A DNA stretch of 64,000 nucleotides from IMG/VR virus record IMGVR_UViG_3300017440_000001, positions 1 to 64,000 of that record; one strand, written 5' to 3'. The DNA comes from a virus. A model generated the notes under the pieces. That model did no database searches. It had not been told where the DNA came from and saw only the letters and a list, made by a program, of their open reading frames with translations. The translations under genes were made by a program, and so were the position numbers. Shown here one piece after another: positions 50,937 to 60,299 of this stretch; positions within the stretch are counted from its first letter, which is position 1; every line of letters begins with the position of its first letter.

Positions 50937-51824
50937 ATGGCTGAGAATCAAAACATCATGCTTGGCTTTCCCAATCGGATCGATCAAGGAAATTTGAGCG
51001 GCGGTTCTTGGACGGCGGGGCTGCCGCTCTCTAACATTCAAAACCGGCTTCTATCGAAAGTCGCCAGAACGACGAACGTTACCGAAGACGCGACACGATT
51101 TATCATCGACTTCGGTAAACCACAGAAAATCGACATTCTTGCATTCATCAATCACAACGCCTCTTTTAGTGCTCGCGTTGCTATTGAAAGCTCAACGGTT
51201 TCAAATTTTGCATCTATTCAAGATGCTTATATCGCTGATATGTGGTCCGGCATTTCAGACGCCGATTGGGTCATTGATGATCTTGAATGGGAAAACGACA
51301 ACTATTGGCTAGGCTCTTATTCTTCTGAAGACATCGAAGGTTTTACGTCGGTCTCAACGCACCTTCTTAGAAATTTCAGAGCCGCCCGTTATATTCGGAT
51401 TCGTATTCTCGACACGGCCAACCAAAACGACTTTCTTCAAATTGGTCGCGTCTTCGTCGGCCCGGCTATTCAGCCGACGATCAATTATGCCTATGGAGCG
51501 GGTCTTGGCTATGAAACGGATACTGCAATTGAGACGGCGCTGAATGGCGCTGAGTTCTTTGACGTGCGCGAGCCCGTCCGCATCTTCCGCTTCTCTCTTG
51601 AGATGATGCGTGATGACGAGGCTTATGGGCGCTTTCTTGAGATCGTTCGGCGAGCAGGCGTTCACGGAGAAATCTTCGTCGTTCCAGACCCGGAAGACGC
51701 TTTCCAAGGCCTGCGCCGCAACTTCATGGGCCGCAACAGGCAGCTAAATCCTCTAGAACAAGTTATGTGGGCTGATGATGGCGTTGCCAATTCGATGGCC
51801 TTCGAAATCAAGGAACTTCGATAA
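50937..51824 (+). CDS. tail-tip/baseplate-like protein
   Basis: Called by position. Confidence 0.45.
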   Translation: MAENQNIMLGFPNRIDQGNLSGGSWTAGLPLSNIQNRLLSKVARTTNVTEDATRFIIDFGKPQKIDILAFINHNASFSARVAIESSTVSNFASIQDAYIADMWSGISDADWVIDDLEWENDNYWLGSYSSEDIEGFTSVSTHLLRNFRAARYIRIRILDTANQNDFLQIGRVFVGPAIQPTINYAYGAGLGYETDTAIETALNGAEFFDVREPVRIFRFSLEMMRDDEAYGRFLEIVRRAGVHGEIFVVPDPEDAFQGLRRNFMGRNRQLNPLEQVMWADDGVANSMAFEIKELR

Positions 51825-53137
51825 TGGCGACAAAACCAACGGCAGCTATTGATCGCATTCGTGCGGCTAATGGCGATGCTTATGATGCAACGAACAATCC
51901 AGGTGGTCTAGCGCAGGGCGGTCATCGCCAGAATTTCGTGCCTGATCTCAATGCCGTTGTCGATGTCGGTCTTTACGTCGAGACGCTGAGCGATGAGACG
52001 GCGGATAACGTCGCTGAAATCGAGGCAGCAATTCCCGAAATTCGCGAAGCACGGACCGAAGTCGCAAACAATCGCACAGCAGCAGCTAATAGCGCAACTG
52101 CAGCAGCAAATTCAGCCGCTGGCGTTAACTTACCCGCCGTTAACTCTGCCGACGCTGGCAAGGTGCTGACGGTCAAGACGGATGGAACGGGCTATGAGCC
52201 TAAGCTGATCGACGTTCCCGCGATCAAGCCCATCACCATGACATCTCCGACTGCGGGCGCGACCAACATCGGCAATGGCGGCAGTTACACGTTCGTCGTT
52301 CAGGCGTTCTCTGGCGACACGACGGGGTTCTATTCCGACTACGGCATCCCGCTCGCTACACGCTTTGTCCGCGCCTATGAGCCGGGCGGCACCACGCCTG
52401 TGGCGACGTTCAGCTTCACAGGCGCCAGCGCATCATTCGTCGTGAACTTCGCCAGTTCGGGGCTTTCCACATCCCACACCTATGAGTTCCAGGCGGGTTA
52501 TACCGATGCGCTCAGCGCTACCGTCTTGTCGCAGCGTGTGAACGCCACGACTGCGGCCCTCTTTCGGCCTGTGCCGGGGTCGCAGTTCGGTGGCGGAACG
52601 TTCGTTGGCCAGATTTCGCGCGGTGGCGTCACATACGACCAAATCGCGGCGCCGCGATCGTCTGGCGAGACCACCCTGCAGTATTCTACGGATGGTAACT
52701 CGCCCGGTTTCAGCGACCGTAGCAATGGCAAATCGATCACCGAGACAGCTCTGACAAATGCGAAATACGCCGCCGCGCGTTGGGCCGATGCCCTGACCAT
52801 TGCGGGCTATAGCGACTGGTTCGTGCCCGCCGAGGACCAGCTTGAGCTTGGGTATCGGAACCTCAAGCCCACTGCGACGGCGAACAACACCAGTTCTGGC
52901 GCCAATGCCAATTCCGTCCCAACCGGAGCCGCGTACACCTCATCCGTGCCGGGACAGACGGCGGTTGCGGCGTTCCAATCAGGCGGCGCGGAGGCATTCT
53001 CTACCGCTCAATATTGGTCCACCACCTCGAATGACGGCGTGAACGCCATCGCGCAAGACTTCGGCACGGGCAATCAGTCCGCCGTTTCCGTCTCGACATC
53101 GCTCAAGGTGCGCGCGTGGCGCGAGCAGCCAGTCTGA
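51824..53137 (+). CDS. tail fibre / receptor-binding protein with DUF1566-like C-terminus
   Basis: AGYSDWFVPAEDQLELGYRNL resembles the DUF1566 (Lcl C-terminal) motif. G+C-rich relative to its neighbours. Confidence 0.55.
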   Translation: MATKPTAAIDRIRAANGDAYDATNNPGGLAQGGHRQNFVPDLNAVVDVGLYVETLSDETADNVAEIEAAIPEIREARTEVANNRTAAANSATAAANSAAGVNLPAVNSADAGKVLTVKTDGTGYEPKLIDVPAIKPITMTSPTAGATNIGNGGSYTFVVQAFSGDTTGFYSDYGIPLATRFVRAYEPGGTTPVATFSFTGASASFVVNFASSGLSTSHTYEFQAGYTDALSATVLSQRVNATTAALFRPVPGSQFGGGTFVGQISRGGVTYDQIAAPRSSGETTLQYSTDGNSPGFSDRSNGKSITETALTNAKYAAARWADALTIAGYSDWFVPAEDQLELGYRNLKPTATANNTSSGANANSVPTGAAYTSSVPGQTAVAAFQSGGAEAFSTAQYWSTTSNDGVNAIAQDFGTGNQSAVSVSTSLKVRAWREQPV

Positions 53138-53148
53138 GGAGCATCATC

Positions 53149-53685
53149 ATGACCTACATCACCTATGCTCCGGTTGATCGCCAGTTCGCCAAGCTGGAAC
53201 GCGACTGCCCGCCCGGTGCACCGTTCAACGGCGTCGATCCTTTTCCCGGCATAACCTTCGGCTTCGCACTGGAAAGCCACTATCCACTGCCCGCTGGCGA
53301 GCCCGACATTCGGTATGGAACCGTGTCGGGAACCGTCAAGGAGGACTTATCCATCTTCCTGAGGAAGGTTTCCAAAGCGGAATATGACACGGCACTTGCC
53401 GTTGAGATAGCGGCACGTGAATCGCTCAAGCCCGATCCTCTAGACCTTGTTCCGATGGAAGTGACAGCCGCTCAGGCCCAAGTCGCTCTTTACAACGCGG
53501 GCCTGCTTGAGCTTGTCGAAGAGAATATCGCCAATCATCCGTATCCTCCGATCCGCATCTGGTTTCGATCCGCAACAAAGTGGCGACGCGACAATCCTTA
53601 CGTTCTTGGCATGGCCGCAGAGCTTGGAATCAGTGATGAGCAATTCCTAGACCTGTTCACGAATGCAGGTAAGGTCGTCACCTAA
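53149..53685 (+). CDS. hypothetical protein (fibre accessory by position)
   Basis: ATG 53149 within ORF 53116-53685. Confidence 0.45.
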   Translation: MTYITYAPVDRQFAKLERDCPPGAPFNGVDPFPGITFGFALESHYPLPAGEPDIRYGTVSGTVKEDLSIFLRKVSKAEYDTALAVEIAARESLKPDPLDLVPMEVTAAQAQVALYNAGLLELVEENIANHPYPPIRIWFRSATKWRRDNPYVLGMAAELGISDEQFLDLFTNAGKVVT

Positions 53686-53907
53686 ATGGACAGTTGCTCA
53701 TGTTGGTTCGAAGGCTCATGGGCGCATTGCTGCTTTATCCACGATATCGAGTCTAAAGGATGGCTCGATATCTCATCGCACTTGCATCTAGCCGATTGCG
53801 TTAGCGCTACAAGCGGCGGACCCATCATGGGCGCAATCATGTTCGTTGGCATTGCTGTTGGCGGATGGTTTTACCAGTTGACACGAAAGAAGCCCGATGG
53901 CCGCTAA
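53686..53907 (+). CDS. small membrane-anchored protein with CCxxHD motif; lysis-cassette member by position
   Basis: Contains WAHCCFIHD. C-terminal TM segment IMGAIMFVGIAVGGWFY. Confidence 0.45.
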   Translation: MDSCSCWFEGSWAHCCFIHDIESKGWLDISSHLHLADCVSATSGGPIMGAIMFVGIAVGGWFYQLTRKKPDGR

Positions 53908-54556
53908 GAATTTTCCTGAGATTATGGATCACATCTTCAAGTTCGAAGGGGGTTATGTCAACCATCCTTCCGATCCTGGCGGTGCAACAAATATGGGCAT
54001 CACGATCGGAACGCTTCGCTCCTTTCGTGGTGCGTCCGTCACGATTGCCGATGTCAAGGCACTCAAGAAGTCTGAAGCGATGGAAATCTATCGCAAGAAC
54101 TATTGGGACAAGATTTCCGGCGACGAGCTTCCAAGCGGCGTAGACATTTGCACGATGGACAGTGCCGTAAACTCCGGGCCGGGTCGTGGAGCCAAGTGGC
54201 TTCAGCGCGCGGTCGGTGTCAAAGCGGATGGGGGCATTGGGACGACGACGCTTTCTGCCGTAGAGACTGCCGATCCCGAAACGACGATCAAGCGCATGTG
54301 CGAAGATCGCATGAATTTTCTCAAAGGTCTTTCGACTTGGGGAACGTTCGGTAAGGGTTGGGGTTCGCGCGTTGCGGCCGTCGAGAAGCTGGCATTGAAG
54401 TTGCACGCCGAAGACGACGAGCCGAAGGAAATCCAGCCGGTTCCGGTTACGCCCGCTCCCTCGCCTTCTGTCGAGGTTTCGCCTCTCACGATTGATGATT
54501 ACCTCAAACTGATCGAAGCCTCTGTTGCCGAGATCCGCAAGCTCAGGAGCGCTTAA
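53897..54556 (+). CDS. endolysin, GH108 lysozyme-like + PG_binding_3
   Basis: FKFEGGYVNHPSDPGGATNMGIT is the GH108 signature. C-terminal VKADGGIGTTTL is a peptidoglycan-binding motif. Confidence 0.85.
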   Translation: MAAKNFPEIMDHIFKFEGGYVNHPSDPGGATNMGITIGTLRSFRGASVTIADVKALKKSEAMEIYRKNYWDKISGDELPSGVDICTMDSAVNSGPGRGAKWLQRAVGVKADGGIGTTTLSAVETADPETTIKRMCEDRMNFLKGLSTWGTFGKGWGSRVAAVEKLALKLHAEDDEPKEIQPVPVTPAPSPSVEVSPLTIDDYLKLIEASVAEIRKLRSA

Positions 54557-54997
54557 ATGGAAACCTTCCTTAACGCAACCGTTCAGGCGCTCATTCCTAT
54601 CTATCAGATTTTCATTGGCATTGCTGCACCTATCGCCGTCGCATGGATTGTCAAGATCCTCAAAGACCGTGCTGGAATTGCGCTTGAGCAATCGGATCGG
54701 GATGCGCTCCAAACGGCGGTCAAGAACGCCGCGCTTCTGGCGGTCAACATGAGCGGTGGCGCTAAGGCTATTGATCATGTAGCGAGCGCTGCAATCGATG
54801 ATGCCGTCGATTACGTAAAGACGGCGGTTCCTGATGCCGTCGAGCGTTTTCGTTCTCAAGGTCTTGACGACCGTGCCATCGCTGCAAAGATCGCGCCACA
54901 GGCTCAGCTTATCGTTGATAGCGTGCCGACGCAGATCGTAGACGAGGCGCGCGGGGTTGCAACAGACGCTTTCGTGCGATCCGTCTTGAGTAGGTAA
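54557..54997 (+). CDS. holin-like membrane protein (LL-H-type architecture)
   Basis: N-terminal TM segment IPIYQIFIGIAAPIAVAWIV. Adjacent to the endolysin gene. Confidence 0.5.
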   Translation: METFLNATVQALIPIYQIFIGIAAPIAVAWIVKILKDRAGIALEQSDRDALQTAVKNAALLAVNMSGGAKAIDHVASAAIDDAVDYVKTAVPDAVERFRSQGLDDRAIAAKIAPQAQLIVDSVPTQIVDEARGVATDAFVRSVLSR

Positions 54998-55004
54998 AGT
55001 GACG

Positions 55005-55274
55005 ATGCCCGACGACGCCCTTTTAGGAGCCAGTCAAAAGATTCTAGATGTAGGCGTTATCGGTGCCGTCTGTATTCTTCTTATGATTGCTCTTGCCTAT
55101 ATTGTTCGTAGATATAACGCGGAACAAGAGGCTCATCAAAAAACTCGCGACGCTTGGTTAGCTGATGTCAAAGAATATGCAAATATTGGCGAAAGCGTCC
55201 GAAACCAAATGCAGGCGAACACGAGCGCAATGCAGTCTGTCCTTGAAATCGTTAAGGAACGGACACGTCAATGA
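55005..55274 (+). CDS. i-spanin-like protein (N-terminal TM + coiled coil)
   Basis: Contains VGVIGAVCILLMIALAYIV followed by charged helices. Confidence 0.45.
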   Translation: MPDDALLGASQKILDVGVIGAVCILLMIALAYIVRRYNAEQEAHQKTRDAWLADVKEYANIGESVRNQMQANTSAMQSVLEIVKERTRQ

Positions 55275-55468
55275 ATTTGCGTGAAATTTGGCAGAGCTTT
55301 GCGGGCAACGATTTTGCTCAAAGAAAACACATAACGGATTGCGCATTGGAAGAGGAGCGGGGTCGCCTTCGAAACAATGTCCAGTCAATCAAATCTGGTG
55401 CTAGAGTGATGTCTAATATGGCAGGCATGTTAAAACTGATGGAAGACGATGTTGAAAAAGATAATTGA
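55271..55468 (+). CDS. hypothetical protein
   Basis: ATGA coupling. Confidence 0.45.
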   Translation: MNLREIWQSFAGNDFAQRKHITDCALEEERGRLRNNVQSIKSGARVMSNMAGMLKLMEDDVEKDN

Positions 55469-56159
55469 AAATCGCCTTCTTTTGGTTTTCGCCTCTGCCA
55501 TTGCTCTTTATTGGCTTGGTGGGCTATTCATCCCAAGCATAATCTTTTCAACGGTAGTTTCTCTATTTCTTTTGATTTTTGGTGGCATTACATTCCTTAG
55601 ATACGCACCGTCGTCTTTCGAGATTCTGTTTAAAGGTGTTCGAAACGAAGATGCGGAAGGGAGTCATCTTGCGGCTCTTGGCGTCACAAGCCTAGCCCTT
55701 GGTTCTGTATATGTAGGCTTATGGTCTTTGACATGGAATATGTATGGACAACCTCTAACGTGGATATCGACGCCTAGTTCGCTATTTGGTAGAGGCATGA
55801 TGGGTCTCGGCTTTCTACTGCTCTTTATCAGTCCAGACGTTTCTCGTAAAGGCCTTAAACTTCCTGATGGCTTCCTGATCATTTGTCTCGCTATCATCGC
55901 GCTTATGATTGCTTTCTTCATGGGGACGCGATTTGATAATCAACAGTCTATGGCCGCTCCTCCAAACACTTACGCTTTTGTCTCTCGTGAAGACAGGTCA
56001 GGCTGCACGAAAGAGCGGCCTATTTTTGGAAACGTGAACGGCTCTCGAAAGATATATCACGTACCTTCCTCGCCTCATCGTGCTTCAACTTTTCCTGAGC
56101 GCTGCTTTGCTACGGAAGAGGAAGCGCTAGAAAATGGATTCGTGAAGTCTAAGACTTGA
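55449..56159 (+). CDS. polytopic membrane protein with C-terminal sunset-like domain
   Basis: Four to five hydrophobic segments. C-terminal GNVNGSRKIYHVPSSPHRASTFPERCFATEEEALENGF. Confidence 0.55.
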   Translation: MLKKIIENRLLLVFASAIALYWLGGLFIPSIIFSTVVSLFLLIFGGITFLRYAPSSFEILFKGVRNEDAEGSHLAALGVTSLALGSVYVGLWSLTWNMYGQPLTWISTPSSLFGRGMMGLGFLLLFISPDVSRKGLKLPDGFLIICLAIIALMIAFFMGTRFDNQQSMAAPPNTYAFVSREDRSGCTKERPIFGNVNGSRKIYHVPSSPHRASTFPERCFATEEEALENGFVKSKT

Positions 56160-56184
56160 CATTCAACAAGAAATAAGCTATAAG
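56156..56184 (+). promoter_or_regulatory. sigma70-like promoter TTGACA-N17-TATAAG
   Basis: The -35 contains the upstream stop TGA 56157-56159. Confidence 0.55.
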
Positions 56185-56190
56185 AAACTA

Positions 56191-56227
56191 AGCCGCTCAC
56201 TGTTATGGTGCAGCGGCTTTTATTTTG
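56191..56227 (+). terminator. promoter-proximal hairpin plus U-tract
   Basis: AGCCGC...GCGGCT with inner CAC/GTG, followed by TTTTATTTT. About 20 nt before ATG 56248. Confidence 0.5.
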
Positions 56228-56247
56228 TCCCGACGCGAGATGATAAC

Positions 56248-57372
56248 ATGAATCTGACAGATGATCAACTGAAAGAAGCCATTGATTTGTTGGCTTCTGA
56301 GGGCACTGTGGCGGGCGCGGCGCGAAAGCTAGGGATTGCTCGCTCCTCGATGCAAAATCGCCTTCAGCGGGCCTCTGAGCGCGGCCTAGATGGTCGTCTG
56401 CCGCAGGCGCTTCCGGTTGGTCAGGTCGTTAAAGGCGAATCCGTTCTTTACGATGAATCCGGCCAAATCAAAATGCGCTGGGTCAAAACCAAGAAAGAAG
56501 AACCTTCACCGGAAGCCATTGCTGAGATCCTGAAAGAAAGCTTTGAAGGGTACAAAGCCCCATATCTCAACTCAAAGCCGCAAGGATATGCGGACGATGA
56601 TCTTCTAACACTTATAGCCGTAGCCGATGCTCATGTGGGATTGTTTAGTTGGGCAGAAGAAACGGGCAATGATTGGGACATTTCGATTGCGGATCGCGTT
56701 ATTACGCAGACAGCTAAGCGTCTAGTCGAGAGCACGCCGAACGCAGCACACTGCATTATTCTTGGTGGCGGTGACGCAACGCATACGAATAACTTCGATA
56801 ACCACACTTCAAAATCCAAGAACGCCCTTGACGTAGATTCGCGTTTCTCGAAGGTTCTGCGGGCGGCTTGCGATCTCTTCGTAAAGATTACGGATCTTGC
56901 CCTTCAGAAGTTCCCGAAGGTAACGGTTCGAATCCTTCCCGGCAATCATGACGAGACGGCTTGCTTTGCGATCTCTTACTTCTTGAGCGCTTGGTATCGC
57001 GATGAGGATCGCGTTACGGTAGACACTTCGCCGTCTCTCTTCTGGTGGTATCGATTTGATAACGTCATGCTAGGTGGTGTTCATGGTCATACAGCGAAGA
57101 TGAAAGACATGCCGCAGATCATGGCCGTTCGTCGGGCTGAGGATTGGGGCAGAACTAAGCATCGATACGTCCACACCTTCCACATCCATCACATCGAGCG
57201 TTTTGTCAATGAAGCTGGCGGCGTCATTTGCGAGAGCCACCAATCGCCATCGGCTCAGGACGCATGGCACTTTAACGAAGGTTTCTTGTCAGGTCGCTCC
57301 ATGCAATCTGTAACATACCACCGAAAACATGGCGAAGTTACTAGGAATCGTGTTGCTATCTACGATGAATGA
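56248..57372 (+). CDS. HTH + calcineurin-like metallophosphoesterase fusion
   Basis: N-terminal GTVAGAARKLGIARSSMQNRL is an HTH. Phosphoesterase motifs follow: VADAHVG, GGGDATH, PGNHD, GGVHGH, FHIHH. Confidence 0.65.
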   Translation: MNLTDDQLKEAIDLLASEGTVAGAARKLGIARSSMQNRLQRASERGLDGRLPQALPVGQVVKGESVLYDESGQIKMRWVKTKKEEPSPEAIAEILKESFEGYKAPYLNSKPQGYADDDLLTLIAVADAHVGLFSWAEETGNDWDISIADRVITQTAKRLVESTPNAAHCIILGGGDATHTNNFDNHTSKSKNALDVDSRFSKVLRAACDLFVKITDLALQKFPKVTVRILPGNHDETACFAISYFLSAWYRDEDRVTVDTSPSLFWWYRFDNVMLGGVHGHTAKMKDMPQIMAVRRAEDWGRTKHRYVHTFHIHHIERFVNEAGGVICESHQSPSAQDAWHFNEGFLSGRSMQSVTYHRKHGEVTRNRVAIYDE

Positions 57373-57373
57373 G

Positions 57374-57404
57374 AAAAGGGGCCAATTGGCCCCTTTATTT
57401 GTTT
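57374..57404. terminator. bidirectional intrinsic terminator
   Basis: AAAAGGGGCC-AATT-GGCCCCTTT then ATTTGTTT. Lies between convergent blocks. Confidence 0.8.
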
Positions 57405-57491
57405 CAACCCACCCACCCAACCTTAAGTCATTGGACGAACCCTGGACTCATCAGGCATCATCTCGCGTCACCTCCTTTCTTACTAATTTTG

Positions 57492-57884
57492 TCAAAGCTT
57501 CGACCAATCCCCATCCCAAAAACGATGATAAGCGCCATCTTCACGAAATTGGTAGAAACCGGGCTTTCGTCCGCCTTCTTGAGGAAGGATCATCGTCCAG
57601 CATTCTTCTTCGAATAGCTCGACAATTCGGTGAATGTGGTCGGCTTCATTCACGAAGCTATCTCCAACATGGCGGTCAACAAACCACGACTTACCGCTTA
57701 GGTCAAATACTTCTTCGCGATAGCCGCCGCTCAGAATGACGGATCGGAAAGACCATGGATGGTCGTGCGGATCTCCGTTTCCATCTGCTTGGGTGAAGCG
57801 GTGAAAAACCGGATGAAATGGCCAAGGCCCTTCGATATGATACTTCGTGAACCAATCATTCATATGCTCAGTACGAATTTCCAT
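57492..57884 (-). CDS. cupin-like metalloprotein candidate
   Basis: Contains PHDHPWSFRSVILSGGY...H.H, a His cluster. Confidence 0.4.
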   Translation of the reverse strand: MEIRTEHMNDWFTKYHIEGPWPFHPVFHRFTQADGNGDPHDHPWSFRSVILSGGYREEVFDLSGKSWFVDRHVGDSFVNEADHIHRIVELFEEECWTMILPQEGGRKPGFYQFREDGAYHRFWDGDWSKL

Positions 57885-58205
57885 TTACTTCTCCTTTCTG
57901 GCTTCGGTGAGGGCACGGATGGCGGCGGCGATGTCGACCGCCTCCACTCGCTTAGCCCATGAACATTCGCCCATCCGATCATTCCCGTAGGCGTAATGGA
58001 CGGTCTGCCGCTCGCCGTGCTCTGCGGCGCGAGCCAGGATCAGTGCCGAGACTTCCGTCACCGTCTCCCTCCGCACCGCTTCGATCCGGTCTTGGGCGGC
58101 TTCCAGGGCGGCGACAGCTTCGAGCAACGTCGCGCTGTACTTCGGCCTTCCATAGTCCTCCATCTTTGCCGCGCAGTGGCGCAGCCGTTCAACGAGATCG
58201 CTCAT
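57885..58205 (-). CDS. hypothetical protein (G+C-rich)
   Basis: Contiguous with its neighbours. Confidence 0.5.
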   Translation of the reverse strand: MSDLVERLRHCAAKMEDYGRPKYSATLLEAVAALEAAQDRIEAVRRETVTEVSALILARAAEHGERQTVHYAYGNDRMGECSWAKRVEAVDIAAAIRALTEARKEK

Positions 58206-58570
58206 CGCCGATCTCCTTCCACCGAGGAGGGCTCAATGGCGGGAAGCCATTTCTCGCCGTAGACGTGAACAACGCGCGTGCCGTCTTGCTGCATGACGAC
58301 GCCTCGCTTCCCCTCGACGGTGACGTATGAGCCAATCACCGTTCCCGTGAACCCGTCGTGAGCGATCGTGTGATGCTCCCCGAGGCGGCTGTCCCCACCG
58401 CCATCACGGGCTTCCTCTCGGGCCTGACGATCGGAGAGGATGGCGCGCGCCAAAGCACGGGCGGTTTCTCCTCGTGGCGGATAGCCACCGCGCTTTGTTT
58501 CTACCTCAACGATCATCCAGACATCATCCGGCACGTCGGCGCTGGGCTGGTTCACTTGCGCCGCCATCAC
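58202..58570 (-). CDS. hypothetical protein (G+C-rich)
   Basis: ATGA coupling. Confidence 0.5.
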   Translation of the reverse strand: MMAAQVNQPSADVPDDVWMIVEVETKRGGYPPRGETARALARAILSDRQAREEARDGGGDSRLGEHHTIAHDGFTGTVIGSYVTVEGKRGVVMQQDGTRVVHVYGEKWLPAIEPSSVEGDRR

Positions 58571-59403
58571 TTGCCCTCCTCACGAGAGGATCGTACGGCG
58601 GCGCGGGCGACATCGATGCAGGTGTCATAGCCGGTTTCGAAGTCGGCAACTTCGGCGTCATACTCGGTCAAAAGTTCGTTGGTCTTCTTTTGCCCCGCGA
58701 TTGCTTCCAGCGCCTTGCGGAGACGGGCGACCTCGGCGATGGCGTCAGCGGTCTCGTTGCCAGCACGTAGCGCAAGGTCGGCGTAGTTCCGGGCCTCACC
58801 ATGCTGCATGTCCCTCTCCTGCCGCGTCTGCTCGTGGGCGGCGCGCTCGGCGGATAGAGCGGAGGCGAGGGCGCAAATCGTTGCAGCGTGGAACGTCCGC
58901 ATAGTCCCGACCATGCGGCCGGTCTCGTCATAAACCCATGCATAGATGGCCTCGCCATCGGGGCCGTACTGGATATCGTATCGCCACGCCTCATCGCGTC
59001 CCGCGCCATCAGTGACGGCGACCGGCTGGGGTGTGGCGGATAGGGCGGCGCGAAGGCGGTAAAGAAGGGAAACAGGGATTAAGTAAGAGCCGTTGTACTT
59101 CATCGCTCCGTTCAGGGTAGCTTGCGCAGCCTCCCGCAGCCCCGGTGCCTCTGTGGCTTTCGGGGCAGCCGTGAGGGCGGCGCGCTCGTTCCACGCCGCG
59201 ATGAGGTTTTCTTTGCGGTCGAAATGAAGGCCTGTTGATGCAGAACAGCGTTTGCACTGGATGCAGGAGCCGCCGGCGTTTACGCCGCCGTCAACATCAT
59301 CTTCGTCCGGCACGTCAATACGCTCTGCATCACCGCCGCAGAACGGGCAAGGTAGCAGCACCATCTCGGCCTCTGCGGGCAATGGCTTGCGGTCGTCGGT
59401 CAT
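58567..59403 (-). CDS. Lar-like zinc-ribbon (restriction-alleviation family) fused to a long C-terminal region
   Basis: LLPCPFCGG...CIQCKRC...ENLIAAWNERA matches the Lar-family pattern. Confidence 0.55.
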   Translation of the reverse strand: MTDDRKPLPAEAEMVLLPCPFCGGDAERIDVPDEDDVDGGVNAGGSCIQCKRCSASTGLHFDRKENLIAAWNERAALTAAPKATEAPGLREAAQATLNGAMKYNGSYLIPVSLLYRLRAALSATPQPVAVTDGAGRDEAWRYDIQYGPDGEAIYAWVYDETGRMVGTMRTFHAATICALASALSAERAAHEQTRQERDMQHGEARNYADLALRAGNETADAIAEVARLRKALEAIAGQKKTNELLTEYDAEVADFETGYDTCIDVARAAVRSSREEGK

Positions 59404-59630
59404 GGCTTGTCCGCCCTAGTGGTCACCAGCAGCACCTTCACCTCGCCGATCTGACGGATGCGGTCGCGCGGATTGCTTCGGATCAGTTCGGCAAGAGTGC
59501 CGCGAGCACCGCGCTCGGCGTCCCGAACAATCTGATCAATGGTGGTGGTCGGCCCCCACGGGCCGGTTCCATCGAACTCAAGGGTGACTTGCACCCTGGT
59601 CGATGTGGTCGTGCTGCGCTCTTCGCTCAC
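59400..59630 (-). CDS. hypothetical protein
   Basis: GTG 59630 is coupled to the upstream stop (GTGA). Confidence 0.45.
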   Translation of the reverse strand: MSEERSTTTSTRVQVTLEFDGTGPWGPTTTIDQIVRDAERGARGTLAELIRSNPRDRIRQIGEVKVLLVTTRADKP

Positions 59631-59923
59631 GTGCTCGGCTCCGAACGGGTGGCCTGGGAGATCGCGGCGCGGGACGAGAACTCCGAAGCTGGGCCAAGGA
59701 AGTCCGACCCGTCCTCGGGGTATTCCGTGCACCAAGCGTAGAAGCCCGAGCCAGAGTGACCATCGGGGATGAACTCAATCGTCATGTCGGTCTCTTCGCC
59801 GCCGAAGAGATCAACGAAGGCCTGTGCGACTTGGAGCGAGATGTCATCGATAGAGGCTGGACGCCACACGCCCTCGGATGAGACGGGGAGGTCGGGATGG
59901 CTGGTGGTATTAATCGTGGTCAT
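59627..59923 (-). CDS. hypothetical protein
   Basis: 98-aa ORF containing GFYAWCTEYPEDGS. Confidence 0.5.
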   Translation of the reverse strand: MTTINTTSHPDLPVSSEGVWRPASIDDISLQVAQAFVDLFGGEETDMTIEFIPDGHSGSGFYAWCTEYPEDGSDFLGPASEFSSRAAISQATRSEPST

Positions 59924-59926
59924 GTT

Positions 59927-60037
59927 CTAAATCCATCCAAACGTCCAAAGCATTCCGATCGTTGGCCAAATCAGGAACCATGCGAATGCTAGCGTGATGA
60001 TAACCAACGCGGTAAGCATGTCAATAGGCTTATTCAT
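59927..60037 (-). CDS. 36-aa membrane peptide
   Basis: MNKPIDMLTALVIITLAFAWFLIWPTIGMLWTFGWI. Confidence 0.4.
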   Translation of the reverse strand: MNKPIDMLTALVIITLAFAWFLIWPTIGMLWTFGWI

Positions 60038-60299
60038 CTTTAAACTCGCTGTTTTGCATAATTTCGAGATACCAGTTGCGATTGACTTCTGCCTTGTTCT
60101 CGGCAGCGGCTTCACCAAAGGTGATAAAGTCTTGTTCGCGATTGCGTCGCTGAATTGCTAGAAGTTCTTCTGCGTGAGCGAATTGAATAACACGATAAAA
60201 TCGTGAATGAGCCGATTCAAAGCATCCGCCCTCTTCTTCTACAGCTAGAGCCATTCTATCGCAAAAGTCGCAGATCAATGTCTCGGCGTCTAAAATCAT
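60030..60299 (-). CDS. hypothetical protein
   Basis: 89-aa ORF coupled to its neighbours. Confidence 0.5.
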   Translation of the reverse strand: MILDAETLICDFCDRMALAVEEEGGCFESAHSRFYRVIQFAHAEELLAIQRRNREQDFITFGEAAAENKAEVNRNWYLEIMQNSEFKDE

